A DNA stretch of 62,044 bases, filler included, from Globobulimina sp. (Eukaryota), in NCBI GenBank assembly GCA_003354225.1. It is 25 parts of 25 records of this genome, joined end to end, with 100 filler letters (N's around TTAATTAATTAA, not from the genome) between each part and the next. Parts side by side here need not be neighbours in the genome. Positions count along the whole stretch, not along the records: positions 22,385 to 24,770 come from PIVH01006980.1; positions 24,871 to 27,256 come from PIVH01006981.1; positions 27,357 to 29,742 come from PIVH01006982.1; positions 29,843 to 32,228 come from PIVH01006983.1; positions 32,329 to 34,714 come from PIVH01006984.1; 20 more parts are not named here. One strand, written 5' to 3'. Both the position numbers and the translations under genes were made by a program. The notes beneath the pieces were generated by a model. The model saw only the letters and a program-made list of their open reading frames with translations. It had not been told where the DNA came from and did no database searches. Below, in pieces: positions 23,027 through 34,814 of this stretch (position 1 is the stretch's first letter; each line of letters starts with the position of its first letter).

Positions 23027-24559
23027 ATGTCTTTTCAATTTTGTTCAAAATTAAAGAAACCCTCTCATCGATTGTGGTCTTGTGTTTCTGTGAACAGTAT
23101 AAGCCCATTCCGATGGAGCAGATATGAGTACCAAATGCAATCCGAGAATGCACGTCAAATGTTAATACGTAAAGATGGCATAGAAATGTCGACACATGAA
23201 ATACAATCATTATTTCAAAACATGGGTGCTATTTTAAATGAAGTGGCTAAAGATGCCAAAGGCTATAAACCAACAGATTTAGATGGAACAGAAACGTTAA
23301 TGTCGGATTTAAGACAAGTCCGTTTAGAATACGCACCGGCTCAGTTACGATTTTTATCCTCCAATTTCATGATTTGGTATCACGGATATACAGCAAAACG
23401 GATTTATGAAAATTTGCATTTTATTTCAACCACTTCAAATGAAAAAGAAAATGAATTTAATTTATTTTCTCTGCAATTGTTGTCGTGGAATAAATATCTG
23501 AATGATGATATGGACATTGTTTGGTACTTATTGGAGGATATTGATATTAAAATATTACAAAAAGAGGGAGAGATTGAAGACGAACAGGATATGATGAAAA
23601 TCATACGTAATTTGCGAATAAATTGTTCATTGTATTTGAATAATTATGAAAAATATTTATTGCAGTCTTATCAAGACATAATGGAATATAGTAAAAGTAT
23701 AACGTTTTTAGAGTTTGATGAAGCGGAATTGGCCTTGACTGCGTCGCCATTTTTAGGCAAATTCGATGTTATGTGCTCATTAATTGACAGATTGACGCAA
23801 GAAAAAGCAAAGCAATGCAAGAAAAATCCAGAAATTTTAATTGAAAAAGTATTAGATTTACCGAGTGGGTTAAATTGGTTTAATTTATATAAAATGTATA
23901 AAGATGGGCATATGCATAAAAATAGACAAATTATTGAAGATTGGGAGAGTGAAAAGGATTTATTCTATGAAGCAAATATGGAGTCGCAGACAAGAAGGAA
24001 TGTCAATGATTTGTGCTGGTTTAAAATGGACAATTTCGAATCAAAAATATTAAATATTTGTATAGGAGATAACGAAGAAACAGATTGGAGTTGGATTAAG
24101 GAGAAGTATTTGGATATAGAACATAATAAACAGTGCGATATTATAACAGAGAATAATTCGTTGATTCATAAAATGGGCAATATTTGCGAAATAATATGTT
24201 TATTGGGGAGTAAAGAATCAATCTTTGGAGAGAATATATTGCATTTAACTGGTTTGTGGTTGAGCAATTTTAATAATATAAATGGAGATGGCGATAGGAT
24301 ATTAGTTGAAGGCAAGAATATATTGAAAATGACGCATGCTGATCATAATGAAGCGTATTTAGTTCACGAGGAATCATGGGATTTATTTCAACAATATTCA
24401 ATTGATAAGAATAATATATTTGTTGCTGGGATTTGTGCTACAAAGCAACAAATACAATCCCATCGTGGAGAAAAATTAAATATAGCAAATATCCCAAATG
24501 TAATAAGCCTCCAGACCCAAATACAAATGACTTTAACTAAACAATGTCCAAAACGTTGA
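23027..24559 (+). CDS. Hypothetical protein (~510 aa)
   Basis: Long intronless ORF; no domain recognised; start uncertain (23027 or 23133). Confidence 0.7.
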   Translation: MSFQFCSKLKKPSHRLWSCVSVNSISPFRWSRYEYQMQSENARQMLIRKDGIEMSTHEIQSLFQNMGAILNEVAKDAKGYKPTDLDGTETLMSDLRQVRLEYAPAQLRFLSSNFMIWYHGYTAKRIYENLHFISTTSNEKENEFNLFSLQLLSWNKYLNDDMDIVWYLLEDIDIKILQKEGEIEDEQDMMKIIRNLRINCSLYLNNYEKYLLQSYQDIMEYSKSITFLEFDEAELALTASPFLGKFDVMCSLIDRLTQEKAKQCKKNPEILIEKVLDLPSGLNWFNLYKMYKDGHMHKNRQIIEDWESEKDLFYEANMESQTRRNVNDLCWFKMDNFESKILNICIGDNEETDWSWIKEKYLDIEHNKQCDIITENNSLIHKMGNICEIICLLGSKESIFGENILHLTGLWLSNFNNINGDGDRILVEGKNILKMTHADHNEAYLVHEESWDLFQQYSIDKNNIFVAGICATKQQIQSHRGEKLNIANIPNVISLQTQIQMTLTKQCPKR

Positions 24560-24642
24560 AACTTTTAGTGAACAAAAAAAAGAGTTTTCTAAAATAATAC
24601 ACAAAACAAAAGTATAATAATAATTAAGAAGCAATATAATAT

Positions 24643-24770
24643 TTAGATTTTTTGTATTAATAAAGTCCGTTTACTGCCAGCTCCTCTTTCTTTATTTTCA
24701 TATTCAATTTGCTTTACAAACCATCCTTTCTCTGTGAATTTTTGTTTATTCTTTGCAATAAATTCATTAA
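24643..24770 (-). CDS. C-terminal fragment of unknown gene
   Basis: Open frame NEFIAKNKQKFTEKGWFVKQIEYENKERGAGSKRTLLIQKI* from the contig edge. Confidence 0.4.
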
Positions 24771-24905
24771 NNNNNNNNNNNNNNNNNNNNNNNNNNNNNN
24801 NNNNNNNNNNNNNNTTAATTAATTAANNNNNNNNNNNNNNNNNNNNNNNNNNNNNNNNNNNNNNNNNNNNCCAGCCCAACCACAACAGACGCAGTAGCCT
24901 CAGAA

Positions 24906-26973
24906 ATGCGAACCAAATTGGAAAAGATAACTATATCGCCCACCAACCCCAACCCTCCAGAAAATGCAACAAATCCCATCCAAATGAGCCAAACCCAGGC
25001 GGTCGAGACCAAAGTGCAAGACCCCAACAACAGCACCGCCATTAACAACGCGCCGCAGCCTCAAACCACCATCATCAACATCGCGAACGTGCCGCCACCG
25101 CAGCCCCAAGTAATACAACAAGTGCCTCCGCAGCCGACCATACAGCAACAAATCCATCAACAGCAACAGCAAAACACCGTCACGCAAGGCCAAGACGACG
25201 ATGACTTAACCAATTTGATCATCAATTACTTGCCGCCCACTATGAGCGAAGGCACGTTGGCCACTTTATTTTCGCCGTACGGCTTATTAGAGCGCTGTAA
25301 GATTGTGGTGGATTTACAGACGTTGCGTTCTCGCGGCTATGGGTTTGTCAAATACGACAACGCGGTGTCTGCAGAAAGGGCACTTACTGCACTCAACGGG
25401 TACGAGTTGAATGGGAAGAAATTGAAAGTGGCCTTTGCCAGACCACAATGCAAAGCCATCACCAACGCGAATCTATATATCACCAACGTACCGCCGCATT
25501 ATAACGACAACAATTTACGTAAATTGTTTTGCGATTATGGCAAGATTGTGGAGTGCCGCGTGTTGATGGATCAGAATGGACAGTCTCGCGGCGTTGGCTT
25601 TGTTCGAATGGATACGCATCATAATGCCATTCAGGCCTTGCAAGCCATGGATCAGTATGTCATCGACGACAAACATCCGCCGTTATTAGTTAAAGTTACG
25701 TCCATCGCCATCGCCATCGCGCAAAATCGCAATATATATTTATATTTCATATCGATCCCATCCTTGCACTCCATTTTATGTAATATGACTACAAAAACGC
25801 ACTCTGCCGTAATTGCCACACACTGTTTGCTTCGAAATTGACTGCGAAACCGACAAAAAAACACTTTTGAAACCATCTTAAAACCGCAAAAACAGTTTGA
25901 GCATTTTTTTTATATTTGATGTTTGTATGCATTGCATTGTGTTATTATAACAGTTTGTATTTGCATGATATAACTAGTTGGCGCAGAGACGCGTCCCCCG
26001 TCGCTATTGGAATTCGCAAGGTGGCCGCAACCAGAATCAGCAAGGAAACCGGGGTGGAAATCGCGGCGGCGGTCAGCAAATGGGAGGGCCGCAAGGTGGG
26101 CTCAATAAAAACAAAAAACGCAACAATGGGAATCGCAAATATTATCCGAAAGGCGGTTATCGCGATAATATGGGTGGCGGCGGTATGGGCCTTGGCCAGG
26201 GACAGAACCGGCAGTCTCCAAACAAGCGCGGCTATTATCGGCCTCGTCAGAGCGGCGGCAATCGGCAAGGCGGCGGTGGCGGCAATATAGGCGGCCGCAA
26301 ATCGGGCGGTATGGGAGGCGGCGGCAGCGGTAATCAGCAGAATAACAATAATAACCAACAGGGCCCGCCGTATTTCCCCGCCCCAATGTACCAGCAAGAA
26401 CCGTACATGGCGTCGTATCACGGACAGCCGGCGCAGTATGCGGCCCATCCAATGAGTGCCGCCATCAATAATCCGCCCAATCCGTCCAATAATATTGGTA
26501 TGGTACATGAACATAGCTTGTTGAGCATCGTTTGATTTAGATTTGGTATTTTGTGCACTGTTACTTGTTACATAGAGACCACTGCCAATGCCAATACTGC
26601 AAATAATGTGAACCAACACCAACAGCAACATGCAGCCTCGTACAATGTTTTGGTGTTTAATTTGCCAAAACATTTTAACGTTGACCATATTATAAATATG
26701 TACGCCAAATTTGGCCCGGTGCAGTCTGTGAATATTAGGGAGCAAATTGCGTCCTTTCCCAAAAAAGGACCTGTTGGTATAATCTCATATTTTTATTTTG
26801 ATGATGCTCAACGAGTTATATTATCTGTTGTAAGTTGTATGTGTATTAAATGTTAGATATGTGAATGTGTTGCATGTATATAGGCCCAAAACGAAACAAA
26901 CCAATTGGAAGTCAATGGGACTGATGGTGATGTCCGGAGATTAGAAACCATGTTTCAACCGCCTTTAAAATGA
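24906..26973 (+). CDS. ELAV/Hu/Sex-lethal-like RNA-binding protein, 3 RRMs; introns 25695-25977, 26498-26575, 26830-26883
   Basis: TNLIINYLP, SRGYGFVKY, ANLYITNVP, SRGVGFVRM; G/N/Q/RGG-rich hinge; third divergent RRM (NVLVFNLP); three GT-AG introns keep the frame. Confidence 0.9.
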
Positions 26974-27356
26974 ATATCGCAATTTTATAATTAAAAAATG
27001 TTTTGTTGCCTGTCATAAAAAAATGAAAAAGCATCGAAATGTCACAATTAATTATTTTCTCAAATTGATTGATTGTCTTTTTCAGTCAGCTTTTTTTGTA
27101 TATTTCTCTCTTAAATTTTAATATTTGTTTTTGCGGATATAATATTACCACAATTTGCTATTCTTTTTTTTGTTTTTTCTCATGTAATTTTTTTTATATA
27201 TCCTTGTGGTTTGATGGTTTTTTATTTTTAATAAATAATAATTTTTTTTTTAATTTNNNNNNNNNNNNNNNNNNNNNNNNNNNNNNNNNNNNNNNNNNNN
27301 TTAATTAATTAANNNNNNNNNNNNNNNNNNNNNNNNNNNNNNNNNNNNNNNNNNNN

Positions 27357-29574
27357 GCTCGCTCTGCCGCGGATAGGTCGTGGTTTGCGAGTCCTCCATG
27401 TCGATGGTTTCCATGCTCGCCATCTCTGGCAAGCCGGTCTCGCTCGGGATTGTTTGCGAGGCCAACGACGGCGTTCCCACCTTCACCTCGTCGTAAATGT
27501 CCTTCTCAGTCACCGACTCTATGCTGGTATGGATGTAAATGCACTTCGCGTCCTCCAGCTCGCGCACGTACTGCGTGTCGGGGATCTGCAGTTTGACGCT
27601 GGTGTAGGAGCCGCCAAAGGTGATGGTCTGAGAGTGGATGGACGGATATCGCGGTTTCATGCTGCTGCGGCCAGACGGCGTCTTTTTCAATTTGCCATTG
27701 ATATGCAGTCGTTGCTGGCCATCGGACTTTTCAGATTTGGATTGTTCGGACAGCTCCGAGGCGGCCAAGATTTTGGACGGCGTTTTGCTGATTTCTTTTT
27801 TGGTGGATGCTGATTCCGTGGTTTGTTGGCTCAAATGCTGGATTTTGCGCTGCTTTTCTTGTTCTTGTTGGTACAGTTTGAGGCCGAATGTACTCGCCGA
27901 TTTCTCCAATTTGCCCATGCTTTTTTTTATCGACTTGCCGTGGATCAGATGGTTGATCATGAAATCGCCGAATACCACATACGATTTCGGCACAGAATCC
28001 GGCAAAATCACGTTGAACAAATTCGAGTTTGAGTATAAAAACGCGGAGCGCACATTTAGTGTGATTTGGTTGCGCAGTTTCTTGATATTATTGCGTTTGG
28101 ACTGCAATTTGATTTTTAAGCGGTGCATAAAGATTTTGTTCTCGTCATTTAAGACCAGTTCGTTCTCAAATTGCAAGATTAGAAATTGTTTAAACTGATA
28201 AAATTCCACAAATGACAATAACGACTCGGTGGAGAAACTGCGCGACAAATAATTCATAAATCGGTCGAATAAGATGGCATCGGATAAAATGTCGGAAAGC
28301 ACGATATTTAAATCACTCTCATCCAATTCTGCTCGTTTCCCGTCACCATCAACAACATCGCGTCGATTGCGCAAAATTGTGAGGATTTCGTCGTCTTTGC
28401 TGTGATGCGCCTCATTCTCAATGATTTTGTTCTTGCTATTTGCCACAGAATGTGTGAGTGTGGCGGTCGGTTCGCTCAATGCGCGACACCGAGCAGTGCC
28501 ACTTTGCGTTTTGCTCATTTTATTCAGACTTTGTCGACCCTTTTCCTGCAGAATCATTTCAATCTGTTCCGGCGAAGAAGCTCTCGCCAAAACCGCCGGT
28601 TTCACCGATATTTTGTTGGTTGGATAGGCAGTCAAAATCAAAGCATACAGGCTGCCAAAGGTCAGTTCGATGAAACAGGTGATCAGGGATTGGATGTATG
28701 CATTGGCAGAGTGTGGAGAGACAACCTCAACGATTAGGAATAGAGCGCTGTTTACTATGTAAATGACCAAACAGAACAGAATCAATAATGAACCCAATCG
28801 CATCTCGACACGAATGAAACACTGGTCCTCCCAATTCGGCGTTTGTTTGTATAAATAGACGCAAAATATCATCATCAGCGTATAATACAAAGCATCGACC
28901 AATGAGTGGAAATATGACAAATGGAATTCAAATAATATGGACCATGTATTGCCAGATAATAAGACAAAATCCAGTGTGGCGTAAATTAGATAAAAAGGGA
29001 AGAAATAACGGCAAAACATTGATTTTGCATTGCCGAATGTTGATTTATTGGAGGGGTTCAAAAACCAGTTATTTGTCGAGATTAAGGGATTAATGACAGT
29101 CTTCCAAGCTGTGTATATGTGATATGTTATGTGTGCGTGCAAGGATATATATAATATATAATAGGATATACCTGATGTGGATGAAGAATATGCGTAGTTT
29201 ATCTTATAAAATATCATCCAAAATCGTAATGCAATTAATAATAGTACGGCATGGCTGATATAAATATTTAAAAAGGATTCAATGAATATTACGGTCTGTG
29301 AGTGTTGAAATGTTATTGGCAGAGATGTTGGGGTCAGGACTAAGACAGTGAGAGGTATACGGATACAGGAACCCGTTATTACCAATATTAAAATAACAAG
29401 AATGATATGCGGGTATCTTTTACGCAGTAATATTGTATTCTTGTATTGATGAAATCTAACGGTGTAGTATATTAATGTCGGAGCAATTATAATAATGCAT
29501 ACAATACATGTTACAAAAAACAGTATTTCTCCTGCCGCTTGCGTTGGTGCTTTGATTATTGCCATTCCCTTCAC
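27357..29574 (-). CDS. 7TM-RGS protein; probable in-frame intron 29109-29171; 3' partial
   Basis: About seven TM segments then RGS-like LSDILSD...FDRFMNYLSRSFSTESLLSFVEFYQFK; 63-nt AT-rich GTATAT...ACAG segment without a stop. Confidence 0.85.
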
Positions 29575-29842
29575 TCTAGACTGAAAACTTTAATTTTCTT
29601 AATATTTAATTTGTTTTTCAGATACAATCACATCAAAAAAAATGTCATCAAAAAAATTTCATTTATATGTCATTTATATAAGAAAAACCCATTTATAAAC
29701 ATATTTACATGAAGTATTCCAAGAATAGATCACTATATGAGTNNNNNNNNNNNNNNNNNNNNNNNNNNNNNNNNNNNNNNNNNNNNTTAATTAATTAANN
29801 NNNNNNNNNNNNNNNNNNNNNNNNNNNNNNNNNNNNNNNNNN

Positions 29843-32228
29843 AAGCGCCGAGCGAGGCGCACGTTGAGCGTATCGATATCGTCAAATGACCAACATTCAT
29901 TCAAAAATATAGTCAAAGGGGATTCTTCTAAATGTATAATACGTTCTGAATATAAATTTGCTAATTTATTGAATATCATAGCAAATACGTTATGACCAGC
30001 ATCTTGTACACCGACTACAAATATCATTGTTAATTTCGTATATGAATGTTGTACATTTTGTGCCAGAGTATAATTATTTTGTTTTGTTACATTAATGGAA
30101 TCTAATACGAGAGAACTAAACTGTTCCATTTTGAATGCAATATATTGTGAAATCCAATTGTTTAAATACTCTTGAAATTTGTTCCAAAATTCATTTGCTT
30201 TTTGATTGTCAGCATAACTGTCAACAAACTGCAAAAATGTTGGCAAATGCTCCCAATCATTTAACACAATAAATGGAGAAAATTGCTTTCGGTCATATAA
30301 CGCATTTAATTTATCAATATCAAATCCATGTTGTTTGTGATAATAATACCAATTTGTTTTATAATTATGTTTTGAAAAAATGAAGTTAGTTTTAAAAAAT
30401 GTATCATCAATGTTAATATCGGTGATTCTATTATCATTTGAATGAAGTAAAAAAGGATTAACTGCATTGACACATGGCTGATTAACATATTCTGCAGTAT
30501 TTAAAGCGATAATTGGTATTGCTGCGGTTGCCAATACTTCCCAAATCCGATATGATTCCGGATTTTCACCATCCACACATGCAACGAATTTGGAGTTTAT
30601 TAACTTCTGTTTATACTGATCTTTATTTAAATATTTGCCCTTTGGCGCGGCATTCGAACCCGCCCAAAGAGTAACTAAATGAATGAACAATTTATCCGCA
30701 ATTTGCTTATTGTTTTTACCCATATTATTAAAAAATGTTTTATATTTTTTTCGTTCGCCTGTATAAAGACTCATGATTACGGATAACAAATATTCTCTCT
30801 TTGTATATACTTTTGTTTTATGTTTATAATCGTCAATCATTGGTAATGTCTCATGTTCAAAATGACCAAAATCATAGCGGGAAAATAGTGGTAAATACAT
30901 GACATTCATTTGATTTAATTGTTTGAATGTTTTTTCATTATAATAATTATACGAAATATATTGTGTCATACTCTCAATGGAGCGGTTACAAAATTCCTCC
31001 CCATACTCCATATATAGTGTTTTAATTTTGTTTGAATATGTTATAATTTCCATTCTGTGAGGTATTGCATCTGAGTCAATGCTCAAACATTGTTTTCCTG
31101 AAAATTTATATTTGTGACTGGTTATTTTATTGAAATAAAATTCGAATAAGCCATTGATAAAAGACGATGCTGACCGAATATGTTTATATTTCACAGTAAA
31201 TGGACAGCTTCCCTGCTGCAACAATGATGGCGGCATTATATTTAACAGATTGGCTGTTAATGATTCATTTTTTGTTTGCAATTGTTTCGAATATAAACAA
31301 ATATCCGTTATTCGAATATATTCATCATTGTAAACATCATATGTATCATCATTTATGTATATAAATTTTGCAAAACGAGTAGTGATATGATGCCATTTTC
31401 TGGTTTGACTTTTTGATTTGGTTCTTTGTTTAAATTGTTTGTATGCTCCTGTTTTGCCGACACGATGATACAAAGTGCCATTTAATTTTAGATTAAAGTT
31501 ATTGAAGAAATGTATCAACTTAGCAATGGAATCATTTTCTATATCGAATATTAACAAATTATCTGCATTCTGTTTGTCGAAATAGTTTAATAAATGGCAC
31601 ATATAATCATACCATGTGTTTTTCCATTGCTTTAAAATATTAACTTCAATTTGAATATTTATATATGGATGGCGATCACCAATAATAATTGATTTATTTT
31701 TATAATAATTGCTTATGAACAATGTTGCTGTCTGTGGAGTGCCATGAAAGTAACGCGATTTCAACCACTTATTAACATTTCTTATGTTTAAAATAAATTT
31801 CATGTTTAATGTTGGATATTTGGTTAATAATATTTCGTACCATGGAATTGTAAAATTATGCATTGTCGGATATCCAGGATAAACACCAAAATCACTATAA
31901 AACATATATTGATTAAAAAGTTTAGCAGTGAAAAATGATTCATTATTTATATACAAATCTGTCATCGTTTGTGGCAGAGTGTAATTGGCCATGTCATCAC
32001 CAAATTGATTCCAATGCACTGAGGGGATACCATTTTTTAAAAAAAATTGAAATAAACTTCTTGTGCCACATTTGTTGAACCCAATTAAAAAAATATAAAA
32101 AGGAAATGGGTACTTGTATTGGTATAAATGTAATCCATTTGTTGGGTATTCCATGGAATTGCTTGTCTCTGCAATTGGGAATATTGCATTATATTCGCTT
32201 GTGTAGCTATGGTAATATGACAATATTG
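29843..32228 (-). CDS. Multidomain sulfotransferase-like + exostosin/GT47-like + second P-loop sulfotransferase-like protein (partial)
   Basis: IFLIGFNKCGTRSL and KFILNIRNVNKWLKSR; YKQKLINSKFVACVDGENPESYRIWEVLATAAIPII; IFVVGVQDAGHNVF. Confidence 0.7.
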
Positions 32229-32328
32229 NNNNNNNNNNNNNNNNNNNNNNNNNNNNNNNNNNNNNNNNNNNNTTAATTAATTAANNNNNNNNNNNNNNNN
32301 NNNNNNNNNNNNNNNNNNNNNNNNNNNN

Positions 32329-33974
32329 CATTATGGTTGAAAACCTTCAATAAACAAGAAAATCCCTCCAATTTATCGACATATATCCATAACAGAGCCA
32401 ATTCATTACGTGAAGCAATTGCGATCGTCGACAAAATCATCGCCGAATGCGAAAATGGCCAAATTGAGCCAATCAACTACGATCCCAAATATATTATAAT
32501 GATCTTTGGTGTGCCAAAAAAAGATCACTTTGGTTTTTATACAAAAGTCCGTGTAATCCGTAATGGTTCCTTCCATACCATCAATACCACTGCAATTAAC
32601 CAATGGATTCGAAAGGAAAAATGTGCCATGAAAGATCTCCCGAATTTGAAGGACTATGCCACTTTACTCCATGATAAGAAATACTTTGCTTTGCGCGATT
32701 TGGCTGATTTTTTCCGCCAAATCGGTTTACCCGAAATTGACTCCGATTTCCTTGGTTACTCCTTATTCGGTCTCCGTTTCAGAGATCGAAAGCAACCATA
32801 TGGTGTATCCTCAGCCCCTGCAAATTGTCAATACTTTGCGACTCTGTTAATTTGGATCATGAATAACTGTAAATTGCATGAGAAATATCCGCATTTATTG
32901 AATTCTATCCGTGTCCATGTTGATGATTTCACGATGGCCGCTAAATCGAAGCAGGACTGTCAATTAATGGAGGAAATATTTGATGACCTTTTTAAGGAAT
33001 TACATGTCACTGTTTCTCATGGAAAATCAGTGCATGCATGTCAAGAATCTGTCGTTCATGGTATTCAATGGAATCTACGTCATCAAACTGCCCAAATCCC
33101 TCGAAAGGCCTTCCTTCAATTACAAAAATTCATAACTTGGGTTATTCAGTACCGTGTCGTCTCTGGTCGAGCTTTAGAGTCATTGACCGGAAAAATTATG
33201 CATTGGAGCCAACTTAATCCAAACACCAAAGCCTTAGTTTATAATTCAATCTATTATATTCATCAAAATATTCGCAACGGTGTCATCAAGAAATCGCAAT
33301 GGGTTATTCTCCCCCTTTCCGTTATCAATGATTTTAAATTCTGGCTCAAGTATGCCTTCTATCTCCGCTCTGTCCCCATAATCAATTTGATCCGTAAGCC
33401 GTCCATCGATATCTATGCCGCGACTGATGCCTGTAACAAAGGCGCGGGCTTCGTCGTTGACTCTGTTTATGCAAAATACGCATTTCTTAATGAGCATTCT
33501 CATTGGAAAATACATCAAAAAGAAGCTCATTGTGTCTTAACTTTAGTCGAAACTTACAAACATTTATTAACTGGAAAATCTGTCCATTTATATATCGATA
33601 ATTCAATTTGTTTCTATGCAATGACTAGGAAATGGTCCAGTCGTTATTCTGTAATGATGTTCATTTATGAACTTTGTTTACAATTAATCCGATATAAAAT
33701 TTATATGTTTTTCGAATGGATCCCTTCTGAATTTAATGATTTTGCTGATTTGCTTTCTCGTGATCGAATGCCTGCGTTTCATCAATTATGCAACCGATTT
33801 AATGTCAATTTGAATGAAATTGCCCCCAATTATTTCTCTGAATTTGTATTTATGGAATCTCGCAATAAATCAACTCGCCGTGATATGGATGAATATAAAC
33901 GCTTTGTCAATTGGTTGAAATTGCCAATGTCCCAACGACAAGATTCTCCATATCCCTTCTATATGAATTACTAA
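32329..33974 (+). CDS. Reverse transcriptase-RNase H (5' partial)
   Basis: KVRVI, DLADFFRQI, QPYGVSSAP, HVDDF; RNase H TDAC, QKEA, IDNS, NDFADLLSR. Confidence 0.93.
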
Positions 33975-34418
33975 TTTGCTTTGCTTTCAATTTATATGCC
34001 TTACTTTCAACTTCTTCCCAACTTTCAGACATCGCTACTGCTTCCTACCCCCTCTCTTCCTCCATTGTAAAATGGAAAACCAACTTCAAAACTTTTACTC
34101 TTTGAGTACTTTAACTTCTGTGTCCTTTAAACTGTTTCCCAGTTTATATCTCGACCGAAACTGGCCTTGAACTTAGTAAACTTCCTAAGAAAGGTCGGCC
34201 GTCGTTAATTTTTCTCAGATCAGTCCCTTTTCCTTTTTTGTATACATAATTGAGGACAAGTAGAAATTGTTTGTCTTCTCCCTTTATTCAACTCTCCTTT
34301 CATTTTGTTTGAATTGGACTATACTGATCGCACTTTACTTATTAAGTGTTTTTAAATATTTGTATACAAATTCAATACATATTCAGATTATATGTGCATG
34401 CGTTTAAATGATAATCGC

Positions 34419-34714
34419 ATGGCAAGAAAAGACACACGAAATTCCAATCACATTAATAAAGTAATTCTTTCCAACAAAGAATTATCTACAAAAGAGCACT
34501 ATGTCTCCAGCTTACGTCATTTTGCCAAATATTGCATTATGATGGACGAGGATCCATTCCTTATGCCGCTCGATCCATTGGTTGCCATGTATTGGTTATC
34601 TGAGCGTACATTACAAGCCGGCAATATCAAATCGCTCTCTACCTGGCAATCCACTCTAACTTGGATCTGTGAGTTAAAAGGTTATTCCCCGGATTATAAA
34701 ACCAATGGTGATTA
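34419..34714 (+). CDS. Tyrosine recombinase N-terminal domain (3' partial)
   Basis: STKEHYVSSLRHFAKYC...P...MYWL...KSLSTWQSTL matches the ST..Y....F..C pattern of DIRS YRs; catalytic RHRY region not in contig. Confidence 0.6.
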
Positions 34715-34814
34715 NNNNNNNNNNNNNNNNNNNNNNNNNNNNNNNNNNNNNNNNNNNNTTAATTAATTAANNNNNNNNNNNNNNNNNNNNNNNNNNNNNN
34801 NNNNNNNNNNNNNN

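Larger units (their letters stand above)
32329..34714 (+). mobile_element. DIRS-like tyrosine-recombinase retrotransposon fragment (RT-RNase H, then YR N-terminus)
   Basis: RT/RNH ORF followed on the same strand by an ORF resembling the N-terminal core-binding domain of DIRS recombinases. Confidence 0.85.

Noticed and set aside
27385-28737. Plus-strand ORFs over the 7TM-RGS gene
   Set aside because: Antisense shadows in a locally GC-richer coding region.
33975-34390. Possible hammerhead ribozyme in the DIRS spacer (CGAAAC near 34156)
   Set aside because: No CTGANGA core with matching stems found by eye.
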